This document shows, in pieces, positions 9,535 to 18,888 of a DNA stretch of 64,000 bases (within the stretch, counting starts at the first letter, position 1; the number at the start of each line of letters is the position of its first letter). The translations under genes were made by a program, and so were the position numbers. Source of the stretch: Candidatus Woykebacteria bacterium (lineage in GTDB: Bacteria > Patescibacteriota > Microgenomatia > Woykebacterales > RBG-16-39-9b); contig JBBDPM010000006.1 of assembly GCA_040876345.1 (NCBI GenBank), positions 264,547 through 328,546 of the forward strand, in the 5' to 3' direction. Below the pieces are notes generated by a model. The model saw only the letters and a program-made list of their open reading frames with translations, had not been told where the DNA came from and ran no database searches.

Positions 9535-9536
9535 AT

Positions 9537-10340
9537 ATGAAACTCACAATTCTTGGTTCTGGAGGTTCAATTGCAAACCCAACCAGAATGTCTACTGGAT
9601 TTCTTTTGGAAACAAGTAAATCCTCTTGGGTTATAGATTTTGGCGGAGGAAGTTTCTACAGACTATACAACGACCTAAACTATGATTATGTTTCCAAGGT
9701 AGACGGGGTATTTATTTCTCACCCCCACGCAGACCATCTAGTAGATTTGATGTGGTTTATGCACTCGTTATACAACTCAACGGTCTATGCTGACTGGAGA
9801 AAAAGACCTCAAGACAATCGCACTAAACCGCTTTATTTACACGGTTACCCTAGGTTTAACGAGGATTATGAGAAATTGAGACTTATGTTTCCTGAAAGGC
9901 GGGAAAAATATGAGGTTTCAATAAACGAACATGGTGAGGATAATTTCCAAGCGTTGGACTTGAAAGTAACTACAAAAATTGTTCCCCATGTTCCAGAACA
10001 CTTTACTGCTATTGGTTTCCGGATAGAAGCAGAAGGTAAAACTCTTATGTATTCGGGGGATTCGGCTTACAGCGAAGTTTTGGTTGAACTGGCAAAAGAT
10101 GCTGACTTGGCACTAATGGAGTCATCAGTCTTTCCGACTCTTTATAGGGAAAGGGGGGCTGGTAGAACCCACATTTCACCATTTGAAGGTGGTAAAATTG
10201 CAAAAGAAGCTTCCGTAAAAAAGCTAGTCCTTACCCACCTTTATGATTTTGACCCAGAAGCCGAATTTATAAAAGAAGCTAAAAAATCATATTCAGGGGA
10301 AGTAGTTGTAGCTAAAGACTTGCTAAGTCTTGAGATTTAA
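9537..10340 (+). CDS. metallo-beta-lactamase-fold hydrolase (RNase Z/AtsA-like)
   Basis: MKLTILGSG, SHPHADH (HxHxDH), YSGDS, LVLTH. Confidence 0.88.
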   Translation: MKLTILGSGGSIANPTRMSTGFLLETSKSSWVIDFGGGSFYRLYNDLNYDYVSKVDGVFISHPHADHLVDLMWFMHSLYNSTVYADWRKRPQDNRTKPLYLHGYPRFNEDYEKLRLMFPERREKYEVSINEHGEDNFQALDLKVTTKIVPHVPEHFTAIGFRIEAEGKTLMYSGDSAYSEVLVELAKDADLALMESSVFPTLYRERGAGRTHISPFEGGKIAKEASVKKLVLTHLYDFDPEAEFIKEAKKSYSGEVVVAKDLLSLEI

Positions 10341-10343
10341 TCA

Positions 10344-10751
10344 ATGGAAAAAGTAAGTGTAGTAGCAGTCCACATTGAGCAAGGTAGTAAGATTCTAATG
10401 GTTCAAGAAAAGGGTCGGGCGTGGGGTTTGTGGTCTATACCAATAGGCCACGTAGACGAAGGCGAAACTTTAGAACAAGCAGCGATACGAGAGTTAAAAG
10501 AGGAAACAGGTTACGATATTGAAGTTACGCAGAGTCTCGGCCAAAAGGCTGTTTCCGATACCGAATATAAAGGTGGTGAAAAGGACGTAGGTAAACAAAT
10601 AGAGATAAATTTCTTTGAGGGAAAGATAATCGGTGGAGAATTAAAGCCAGATTTGGAAGGGCTTTTGGACGTTAGGTGGGTTGAAAAAGACAAAGTTTTA
10701 GATTTGCCGTTGCGAGGCGATTGGTTAAAAGATATCTTAACTCATGATTAA
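10344..10751 (+). CDS. Nudix hydrolase
   Basis: Nudix box GHVDEGETLEQAAIRELKEETG. Confidence 0.93.
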   Translation: MEKVSVVAVHIEQGSKILMVQEKGRAWGLWSIPIGHVDEGETLEQAAIRELKEETGYDIEVTQSLGQKAVSDTEYKGGEKDVGKQIEINFFEGKIIGGELKPDLEGLLDVRWVEKDKVLDLPLRGDWLKDILTHD

Positions 10752-11463
10752 ACAAAAATTTCTAATAACAGGTTCACGTGGTTTAATAGGAAGTATTTTA
10801 TCAAAGGCATTATCAGAAAAATTTGAAGTTTTTGGTACTGATGTTAAAGAGAAGTCAGAGGAAAAATATTACGGAATTGATTTATCAGACTTAGAAGCAG
10901 TAAAAAAGGTCTTTAATGGGCTTCCCGAACTTGACTGTATTATTCATCTAGGAGCAGACGCTAATCCGAATGCAAGCTGGGAGTCAGTTCTTAAAAATAA
11001 CATAATAGCTACAAGAAATATATATGAGTGTGCAAGAGAATTTGAAGTCCCTAAAGTAATTTTTGCTAGTACAAATAGAGTAACAGAAGGTTATGAAGGC
11101 AATACTACTAGTAAACTAGTCTCAAACGAGGACGCAATAAGACCAAAAAGTTATTATGGAGTAAGTAAGGCTTTTGGAGAAGCGGTCGCTAGACAATTTT
11201 TTGAGGTTGACAAAATTAAATCAATTTGTTTAAGAATTGGGAGTGTCTTAAAGGATGATGACCCAAGAGGTGATAACCTTAAAATGAAAAAGTGGTTAAG
11301 TCATAGAGACCTTGTGCAGCTAATTGAGAGGTGCTTAGAATCAGATGTTAAGTTTGGAATCTATTACGGAATTTCAAACAACAAAACCAGATTTTATGAT
11401 ATTTCAGACGCTCTAAAGGATTTGGGTTACACACCACAGGATGATTCGTCTTTGTTAACTTGA
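10744..11463 (+). CDS. NAD-dependent epimerase/dehydratase (uronate dehydrogenase-like extended SDR)
   Basis: ITGSRGLIG, FASTN, YGVSK (YxxxK), LRIG, WLSHRD. Confidence 0.88.
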   Translation: MIKQKFLITGSRGLIGSILSKALSEKFEVFGTDVKEKSEEKYYGIDLSDLEAVKKVFNGLPELDCIIHLGADANPNASWESVLKNNIIATRNIYECAREFEVPKVIFASTNRVTEGYEGNTTSKLVSNEDAIRPKSYYGVSKAFGEAVARQFFEVDKIKSICLRIGSVLKDDDPRGDNLKMKKWLSHRDLVQLIERCLESDVKFGIYYGISNNKTRFYDISDALKDLGYTPQDDSSLLT

Positions 11464-11466
11464 TAA

Positions 11467-11563
11467 GTTATAATTGAAAAAACGGCCTAGGTTGGCTTGG
11501 CTAAAATCAAACGAGTTCAATGTCGGCCAGAGGTTCCTGATATCGTCCAGCAAGGCCGACCAA
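11467..11563. repeat. about 97-bp direct repeat B, copy 2
   Basis: Homologous to 8458-8554; differences are mostly synonymous in the minus-strand frame. Confidence 0.9.
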
Positions 11564-11567
11564 ATTG

Positions 11568-11603
11568 TTGACACCTCCAAGTTTAAATACTATAGTTTAA
11601 CTA
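11568..11603 (+). promoter_or_regulatory. sigma70 promoter for a leaderless pilin mRNA
   Basis: TTGACA-17-TATAGT, then 7 nt to the ATG. Confidence 0.75.
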
Positions 11604-12095
11604 ATGATTCTGCCACTATCTAAACTCTACTCTGGACCTAGAAAAAAGCGCAATGGGTTCACCCTACTTGAGCTGTTAATAGTAGTTGCCATAATCGCTA
11701 TATTAACATCTATTGGGATTTTTGCCTTGAGGAACGCACAAAGAAACGCTCGGGATAGCAAAAGACAACAAGATCTCAATCAACTTAAAGTTTCCCTAGA
11801 GCAGTATTTTGAAACTACCATACCTCATCAATACCCGTCTAGCACTGCCGGAAAAATTAATTGTGGTGGAGCTCTGGATTGGGGTACCTCTCCATTCACC
11901 TGTAATAATAAGACTTACATGAAGCAGTTACCAAATGATCCTGTTGGGGGGAGAAATTATTGTTACGATTCCACCGGCAGTACGTTCTCACTCTACACTA
12001 ACGTGGAGAATCTGCGTACTCCCGGGATTTTGAGCCCAGCGGTTGCTTGCAATGGATCTACAACCTACAATTACAGAGTTCAAGGCGAGAAATAG
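11604..12095 (+). CDS. type IV pilin / PulG-like prepilin
   Basis: NG|FTLLELLIVVAIIAIL class III signal; ARDSKR..DL; Cys pairs. Confidence 0.92.
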   Translation: MILPLSKLYSGPRKKRNGFTLLELLIVVAIIAILTSIGIFALRNAQRNARDSKRQQDLNQLKVSLEQYFETTIPHQYPSSTAGKINCGGALDWGTSPFTCNNKTYMKQLPNDPVGGRNYCYDSTGSTFSLYTNVENLRTPGILSPAVACNGSTTYNYRVQGEK

Positions 12096-12097
12096 GT

Positions 12098-12133
12098 TTG
12101 ACAAGTATTATTTGCTAATCTATATTTAAACTA
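12098..12133 (+). promoter_or_regulatory. sigma70 promoter for a leaderless pilin mRNA
   Basis: TTGACA-17-TATATT, then 7 nt to the ATG. Confidence 0.75.
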
Positions 12134-12883
12134 ATGTCCAACTTCAAGAAATTTCAAATATCAAGGCGTGGTTTTACTCTTATCGAGATCCTGATTGCTC
12201 TTGCAATAATTGCCATTCTCCTCACGGTCGGTATCCTTTCTTTTAGAAATGCCCTGCGCCAAGGTAGAGACTCAGAAAAGAAAGCTACGATTAAAGAAGT
12301 CCAATCCGCCCTTGAAGCATATTATGCAGATCATGGGCGTTATCCTATTCACAATAATCCTCCTACCACTCCTGATGATGCTGCAGCAAGTGATTACGGG
12401 GCCTGCGACCCTTCAAGTACTTCGCAATGTTTGGTTGCTACAAACACTATGGAAGTAGATTTCAATAGAGGGCATAATAACTACCAGACAAAAGTTGCGA
12501 AATCTTTCGACGACGCTATTGAGCCTTATTTAGCTGGCGGTCTTCCCGATGCACCCATGGGACCTTTCCAAGGTAACACATATACCAGTGGTTGGAGTTG
12601 GACAGGTTATTTGTATACCTCGAGGGTAGAAGTGTCACCAGGGGTTTGGAGCACAGATGGTAGTACTTACCGGCTTGGTACTTGGCTTGAGAATAACGGT
12701 AGCGGTGGGGGTACTGCCGATCCAGATATAAATAATCCAGTAGGATTTACCCCACCAGGAAACAATGGATCCCAAGCAAGAGCTGGTTTATGTTGTGGTG
12801 GGAACGGACCTGCCGTCTGCAATAAATTTCAATGGGGATGCCTAACAAATTATTTTGTCGGCCCACCCACAGAAGGTTTTTGA
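12134..12883 (+). CDS. type IV pilin / PulG-like prepilin
   Basis: RG|FTLIEILIALAIIAIL; ALEAYYADHGRYP. Confidence 0.92.
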   Translation: MSNFKKFQISRRGFTLIEILIALAIIAILLTVGILSFRNALRQGRDSEKKATIKEVQSALEAYYADHGRYPIHNNPPTTPDDAAASDYGACDPSSTSQCLVATNTMEVDFNRGHNNYQTKVAKSFDDAIEPYLAGGLPDAPMGPFQGNTYTSGWSWTGYLYTSRVEVSPGVWSTDGSTYRLGTWLENNGSGGGTADPDINNPVGFTPPGNNGSQARAGLCCGGNGPAVCNKFQWGCLTNYFVGPPTEGF

Positions 12884-12886
12884 TCA

Positions 12887-13444
12887 ATGATGTTTAATCG
12901 AAAGTCTTATGGTTTCACCTTAATAGAGCTTCTAATTGTGATTGTAATTATTGCGGTTTTAGTCACGATTACTGCCTCGTCCTATCGAGAAGCTCAGGAG
13001 AGCAGCCGAGATTCTAAAAGAAAATCTGATTTGGCAAAATTGGAAGCAGCCCTAGAAAGATTTTATAGTGATAACAATAAATACCCAAACGACAATGGAG
13101 TTGGAGGCCTAATCGTTTGTCCGGATGGAACTGCATTAACTTGGGGTGAGGACCATGCGTTTCAATGTACAATTGGTGGCAGCGATAAAGTTTATATGAA
13201 TGAGATGCCTAAGGATCCAAGAGACTCACGAGGTTATTTCTATAACGCAACCGACATAAACAATAACCCTTGTGATAATAATGATACAAATTCTGGCAAT
13301 GATTGTTTTAAATACATAATCTCTGCGCAAATTGAAGATGCACAAGATAAGGACGTTATCAACCTTACAGGATGTAGTCCCCAAACCGGAGCAACTCCTA
13401 CCTACAACTACTGTGTCCCTCGGGGTCAGAGAAAACAAGTATAG
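12887..13444 (+). CDS. type IV pilin / PulG-like prepilin
   Basis: YG|FTLIELLIVIVIIAVL; SRDSKRKSDL; MPKDP. Confidence 0.92.
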   Translation: MMFNRKSYGFTLIELLIVIVIIAVLVTITASSYREAQESSRDSKRKSDLAKLEAALERFYSDNNKYPNDNGVGGLIVCPDGTALTWGEDHAFQCTIGGSDKVYMNEMPKDPRDSRGYFYNATDINNNPCDNNDTNSGNDCFKYIISAQIEDAQDKDVINLTGCSPQTGATPTYNYCVPRGQRKQV

Positions 13445-13458
13445 ACTAGATTACTGGA

Positions 13459-14007
13459 TTAATAAGACTGAATTTCGTCTTTGTGGAACCAAAGGCTTTC
13501 TTCAAACTTCGCTTCCTTAACCGAACCTGAGACGTGGACAATATTCTCTACTCCTCGCTTCTCAACATTAGCATAAGCGGCCGAATCAGTCGCCAAATCG
13601 CCTCTAATGGTCCCTGGTGCTGCCTTAACCGGCATTGTGGGGCCAGCAACTGAGCGGACATTATCTACAGCGTGACGGCCCTCAAGAAGGATTGCCACTA
13701 TTGGGCCAGATCCCACATAATTTATCGTCCATTGACGTATCATCTTTCCAAGCTCTAATACATCAGTTGTACCAAGGTCTTCTCCCGGGTCTTTACCATA
13801 CTCCTCGTAAGTCTTTAAAGTCTTCTCCCCAAGGCTCATCAGATATTCTTTATCATCTTTATAGTGTTTGCCCAGTTGATCGTAATTTGCCCAAACGAGC
13901 TTCATGGCCACGATTTTGAGCCCCATTTTTTCAAATCGAGAAATAACCTCTCCGACAAGAGCCCGTTTTACTCCATCTGGTTTTATTAAAATAACAGTAC
14001 GTTCCAT
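13459..14007 (-). CDS. ndk: nucleoside diphosphate kinase
   Basis: MERT..LIKPDGV.R.LVGE, PGTIRGD, NIVHVS catalytic His. Confidence 0.95.
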   Translation of the reverse strand: MERTVILIKPDGVKRALVGEVISRFEKMGLKIVAMKLVWANYDQLGKHYKDDKEYLMSLGEKTLKTYEEYGKDPGEDLGTTDVLELGKMIRQWTINYVGSGPIVAILLEGRHAVDNVRSVAGPTMPVKAAPGTIRGDLATDSAAYANVEKRGVENIVHVSGSVKEAKFEESLWFHKDEIQSY

Positions 14008-14071
14008 GATTTTTGTATGAAGTATCAGGTATCAATCAAAATCTTAATCCTTAACACATGACACTTTGATA

Positions 14072-15340
14072 CTAGAACCTCAGAATTTTTTCAAATTTCG
14101 AAGATTCTTTATATGGTCCTATCACCGCTAAGTTCAACCCCTGATTGACAAAGATATCTTTTGCTACACTTTGTATATCTTTAGCAGTAACTTTTTCAAC
14201 TTCTTTAAATATTTCTTCTGTCGATCGTATCTTTCCTTCTAAAATCTCTTGCAAGCCAAAGATATTACCCACTTCCCTACTATCTTCAAGATCGAGAATC
14301 ATTTTACCTTTTATGTACTCTTTTGCTCTTCTCAATTCTACCTCGGAAGGCGGATTTTGTGCAATATCCGAATATTCCTGAAGAATCACTTTAGCTGCCT
14401 CTTCAATGTTTTTTGGTTCAACTCCAGCTTGGGCGGCCAAACTTCCAGCATCGTGATATTCCTCAACGCCAGCTCGTACATAGTAAGCTAATCCTCGTCG
14501 CTCCCTTAGCTGAATAAAAAGCCGGCTACTCATTGATCCGCCCAGTATTGTTGAAAGAAGGGCAATTTTATACCTATCTTTATGACCCCGCTCATATGAC
14601 CGGACCCCTAAGCAAAGGTGAGCCTGCTCACTACCCTTAAAGAAAGTCTTAACCATTGGTTTTGATTGACTCAAGGTTACTGGCAAGAACCCTTTGGCTT
14701 TTTTATCTTTAATCGCTCCCATATATTCATCAACAAACAAGTTTGCTCTCTCTGGATCCACTCCTCCAGATATAACTACCACCATGTTACTTGGAGTGTA
14801 AAAATCCTCAATATATTTAAAAAAGTCCCGACGCTCGATGTTCTTCAGAGACTCTAAAGTACCAGCTGTATCCCAACCAAGAGGCTGATCGCCAAAAAGA
14901 AGCATTTCGTAAATATCCCCGATATAGCGCATCGGCGTATCAAGGTACATTCTAATTTCCTCAGCGATTACGTTTCTTTCCCGGTTAATCTCTTCTTGCG
15001 CAAAAATTGAGTTTAAAAGCATATCAGAAACTACATCCAGGCAAAGCTGAAGATGCTCTTTTGCCGCTTTAATGTAGTAGCCGGTAAATTCTTTCGAGGT
15101 AAAAGCGTTGAACTCACCACCAACTCCGTCTATCAAACTAGATATATCTAATGTAGAAGGCCTCTTTTTAGTTCCTTTGAAGAACATATGCTCGGCAAAA
15201 TGAGCAATACCGTTTGTTTTCTTCTCTTCATAGCGAGATCCGGATCTTACTAGAATCATGCTAGTAGCCGACTGAACAGACGGCATTTGGTTGTTAACTA
15301 CTCTTAATTTATTATTTAAAGTAACTTTTTCTGGTTTCAT
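14072..15340 (-). CDS. M16-family zinc peptidase
   Basis: HFAEH (HxxEH), NAFTS, SSRLF..LRE.RGLAY. Confidence 0.93.
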   Translation of the reverse strand: MKPEKVTLNNKLRVVNNQMPSVQSATSMILVRSGSRYEEKKTNGIAHFAEHMFFKGTKKRPSTLDISSLIDGVGGEFNAFTSKEFTGYYIKAAKEHLQLCLDVVSDMLLNSIFAQEEINRERNVIAEEIRMYLDTPMRYIGDIYEMLLFGDQPLGWDTAGTLESLKNIERRDFFKYIEDFYTPSNMVVVISGGVDPERANLFVDEYMGAIKDKKAKGFLPVTLSQSKPMVKTFFKGSEQAHLCLGVRSYERGHKDRYKIALLSTILGGSMSSRLFIQLRERRGLAYYVRAGVEEYHDAGSLAAQAGVEPKNIEEAAKVILQEYSDIAQNPPSEVELRRAKEYIKGKMILDLEDSREVGNIFGLQEILEGKIRSTEEIFKEVEKVTAKDIQSVAKDIFVNQGLNLAVIGPYKESSKFEKILRF

Positions 15341-15635
15341 AAAAAGTAATTATGTAACCTAATGACGCGAAAAGTTCCGCTAACCTAAGATTTGAACGAT
15401 GATTGTAACAGAAAGTTCAAAAGATGCAAAGAGTTAAAATGACCCCCTCCACGGATCTTATGCCCACAGTTTCCGACGTTTTTTCCACGCCGTTCGGCGG
15501 TCTCGAAAACAACCTGCGCGCTATTAACAAATTATTAATCCTAAATCAAACCTAAATATGACAATATTAACGATCGTATATTTTGTCAATTTTTAATCTG
15601 GTTTTGAAATTCAAGGTATTTGGTTTTTTGGCAAT

Positions 15636-17240
15636 CTACATACTTTCAGGCGCGGAGACTCCAACAAGGTTTAGCGTGTTGCGAAGAACTATTTTTGTGG
15701 CTAATATTAGATTCAAGCGAGCCTTAGCAATATCTTCCTTCTCACCTATCACTCTATAACTCTCATAATACTTATGGAACATTTCTGCTAGTTCAACTAA
15801 GTAAGTGGTAAATTGATTTACTGCTAAGCTCTCGGACAAATCTTCAACTAAATCAGGAAGTTTTAGGAGTTTTTTCGCGAGTGCTAATTCTTGAGGCTGT
15901 CTTAGCAAAGATAAGTCCGCTCCGATAAACTTTTCGTGGCTAAAACCTTCCTCTTTCGCCTTTTTCAAAATGTTACTCACCCGAGCGTAGGCATATTGGA
16001 CATAATATACTGGATTGGATTCATTCCTCTTCTTTGCAAGTTCGAGGTCAAAATCCATATGGGTACTTGGCGAGTGTGAAAGGAGGAAAAATCTAAATGC
16101 GTCACGACCAACCTCATCGATCACCTCACCTGCAGTTATGAAATTCCCCGCCCTTTTGGACATACTAACTATATCTTTACCTTTCTTTACCCTAACATAT
16201 TGATATAAAATTACTTTAAACTTTTTTTCTTCAAATCCAAGAGCTTTTACTGCTGCTCGAAGACGTGGGACGTGCCCGTGGTGATTACTACCTAAAACGT
16301 CTACGACTAAGTCTGGCTTGTTTTCAAACTTCAGCTCATGAAAGGCTATATCATCGGCAAAATACGTGTAGCGTTCATCTGAGCGGCGCAGAACTGCCTC
16401 TTTATCCTTCACTGGATGATGCTCAAGTGCAAACCATAATGCGTCGTCTTTTTCCTTTGTTAACCCTTTTGAAGAAAGGTATTTAACAACTTTTTCTGTT
16501 CTACCAGATTTTTGAAGATCACTCTCATGTTGAATTTTATCAAACCTAATTCCCATACTTTTTATATCAACCAAAATTTCCTCGAAAATTAACTTTATCG
16601 CCGTCTCTCTAATCTCATCTAAACTTTTTCCAGAAAGATTATTCAGCCTTGCCGCAAGATCGTTATAAAATTCCCCCTGATACTGATCCATTACCACTTC
16701 ACCGTCAATCATTCCCTTTAAATTCTCCGCGAATACATCAACCTGGGTGCCTAAATTATTATCGTAATATTCCCGAATAACTTGATATCCAGAAGCTGAA
16801 AGGACATTAGCTATCGTATCTCCCAAAGGGCCTCCCCTTGCATTACCAATGTGTAGTGGTCCAGTCGGATTTGCCGATATGAACTCGACGCTTGCTTTTT
16901 TACCTTTATTAATCTCGTTTTCTCCGAAAGACTCATCTTCCTTAATTATTTTTTGGATATTATTCGTTATTGTAGAGGGTTCTATGTAGAAGTTTACGAA
17001 TCCAGGTTCGACAAAATCTACTTTTGAAAACTCCTCAAATTTTTCCGCTTTAGCTATAAATTTTTTAGCACACTCTAGCTTTGAGTGTTTATCCTGAGCT
17101 TTTTCCAGCTTCATTACAACATTAGTCGAATAATCACCAAACTTAACATTGGAAGATTCTCTAACTTCATAGGAGACTTTAGGAAATTTTTCCTCTTTTA
17201 AAACTTGTTCGATTGTCTTCTTGACTGTATTCCTAATCAT
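15636..17240 (-). CDS. argS: arginine--tRNA ligase
   Basis: FGDYSTN, SANPTGPLHIGNARG (HIGH), MSKRAG, NPVYYVQYA; ATG 17240 preferred because the upstream extension overlaps comEC remnant. Confidence 0.96.
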   Translation of the reverse strand: MIRNTVKKTIEQVLKEEKFPKVSYEVRESSNVKFGDYSTNVVMKLEKAQDKHSKLECAKKFIAKAEKFEEFSKVDFVEPGFVNFYIEPSTITNNIQKIIKEDESFGENEINKGKKASVEFISANPTGPLHIGNARGGPLGDTIANVLSASGYQVIREYYDNNLGTQVDVFAENLKGMIDGEVVMDQYQGEFYNDLAARLNNLSGKSLDEIRETAIKLIFEEILVDIKSMGIRFDKIQHESDLQKSGRTEKVVKYLSSKGLTKEKDDALWFALEHHPVKDKEAVLRRSDERYTYFADDIAFHELKFENKPDLVVDVLGSNHHGHVPRLRAAVKALGFEEKKFKVILYQYVRVKKGKDIVSMSKRAGNFITAGEVIDEVGRDAFRFFLLSHSPSTHMDFDLELAKKRNESNPVYYVQYAYARVSNILKKAKEEGFSHEKFIGADLSLLRQPQELALAKKLLKLPDLVEDLSESLAVNQFTTYLVELAEMFHKYYESYRVIGEKEDIAKARLNLILATKIVLRNTLNLVGVSAPESM

Positions 17241-17985
17241 TTTGTTTATTAGTATAACATCCTTGACCGTCGGTAACAATTTCAACTGTCCCATCTTGAT
17301 CAGTTCGGTAAATTTCCGTATCAATTGAGGCTAATAAATTTAGTAGGTCCTTGTGAGGATGCCCATATCTATTTTTTTTACCTACTGATATTACCACGAC
17401 TTCTGGCGAAAGTTTCTCAGCATAGTCTTTTCTTAAGGCAGTCTCCGATCCGTTGTGAGGAATTTTCAGAAACTCAATATCCGAAACTGAACATGAATAA
17501 AATTTTACTTGCTTATCGTCATCCCCATTTATTAATCCTTCGGGATCTTCCGGTAAATCTTTTTTAACACCAAGAAGAACCCCAGAAAGAAGAGGTGCTT
17601 GGGCTCGGGTAATAAATTTGTTTATTTTATCCTCAACCTTTTTCTTGTGAATAAAGAAAAGTTTGGAGGCTGCTTACTCTTGTAATCTTTTCGATCTTAG
17701 GGTAAATGATTAAACCAGTTTCATTAGCAACTCCATCAACTCTAACAACATCACCATATGATATATTTGGATACTTTTTAATTATAATTTGATAGTCATT
17801 TAATTTGAAATAAATTTGTTCGCTGGCCCTTCTTGACTCCTTCGATACTTTTCCCTCAGTTATAACATTTCCTACTTTTAATTGCGTTCGAGGAATAAAG
17901 TGATACCTAATTGCTACTAAACCGGCTGCGATCAGAATGCTGGATAAATAAAGCGGTAAACTCTTACTGTACAATAACCAGATCC
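17233..17985 (-). pseudogene. comEC: comEC remnant, frameshifted, with most of the competence (channel) domain deleted
   Basis: N-terminal OB-like part (YGDVVRVDG...YPKIE), then LLSGVLLG.KKDLPED, jumping to MBL C-terminus LKIPHNGS...VISVGKKNRYGHPH...YRTDQDG; boundaries approximate. Confidence 0.8.
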
Positions 17986-18290
17986 TTGACTCCCTTAAAA
18001 AAGTTTTTGGCCCTAAAACTTTTTTGGTCAGTAAATCATCTACTGAAAGGTATGGACGATCCTCAACCATCTTTTGATCTGTAACTGGCCCGATCTTTGG
18101 CAGAGTGTCAAGATTAGATAAAGAAGCGTTGTTAATGTTTACTTTTCCAGAGACTTTTGATTATGCACCTTGCGAATTACCGGCACTTGTGCCAGAAGAT
18201 ACGAGCTCACCAACCGTTGGAACGTATATTTTTGCACCGTCATTAACAACTTGAGCAAGGTTTAAGTTCTTCGCAACCCAATTATCAGCA
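17985..18290 (-). pseudogene. comEA: comEA remnant
   Basis: NLNLAQVVNDGAKIYVP, in-frame TAA at about 18161-18163, then KVNINNAS...LDTLPKIGP...RPY.SVDDL (HhH); 5' end missing. Confidence 0.8.
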
Positions 18291-18432
18291 CTCGAGAGTA
18301 CCCAAATAACTTGAGCGATTAGCGAATGGATTTGTTTACCTAGAGTGCTATAGGAAATTTTATGCGTGTTTGAGGTTTAGGAGCGCAAAGCGCTTTTAAT
18401 AATTTAAGATCAACAAGGTGGGACACTAAACC

Positions 18433-18828
18433 TTAATCTTTTATTGACCTTTTATACTTGGGAACCCAGGATTTATAGAAATCTACTAGATGATCCAAAC
18501 CCCGAGACCGGAGTTCCTTATCAATCACCCCTCCGCGATGAGGATAGCGATGCATTCGAGGGTTTTCTGAAGAGAAACCTTGGGTATAATGCACAAGTTC
18601 ATGGGCAAGAGTGTGATCTATTACTTCGGCTGGGAACTTTGAGTTGCTAAACCTCCCATTAATCGTAATGTAACTAATCTTTTTTTTAAGATCAAGACGA
18701 ATTGAACCAAATCGATAAATTGCTTCTCTGCCAAACCTTATTACGATTGGGTTGGTTCTCTTGACATCAGAGAAGTAATTTCGCCAAATTTTATTCAAAC
18801 GCGATTCAAGCCAATAGTTATCACGCAC
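18433..18828 (-). CDS. SprT-like zinc metalloprotease
   Basis: TLAHELVH (HExxH) plus downstream PH. Confidence 0.75.
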   Translation of the reverse strand: MRDNYWLESRLNKIWRNYFSDVKRTNPIVIRFGREAIYRFGSIRLDLKKKISYITINGRFSNSKFPAEVIDHTLAHELVHYTQGFSSENPRMHRYPHRGGVIDKELRSRGLDHLVDFYKSWVPKYKRSIKD

Positions 18829-18888
18829 TAAAATAACTCCTTGTCTAATTTGGGTGGTAAAAACCTTCTAGAAACTAGTGGAAAGTGG

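Noticed and set aside
15341-15635. Possible riboswitch or ncRNA upstream of the M16 peptidase
   Set aside because: A GC-richer patch with a small hairpin (CGCCG-TT-CGGCG), but no family motif or convincing extended structure.
17633-18070. Genuine 145-aa protein from the ORF track
   Set aside because: It is a frameshift chimera of the comEA end and the comEC start.
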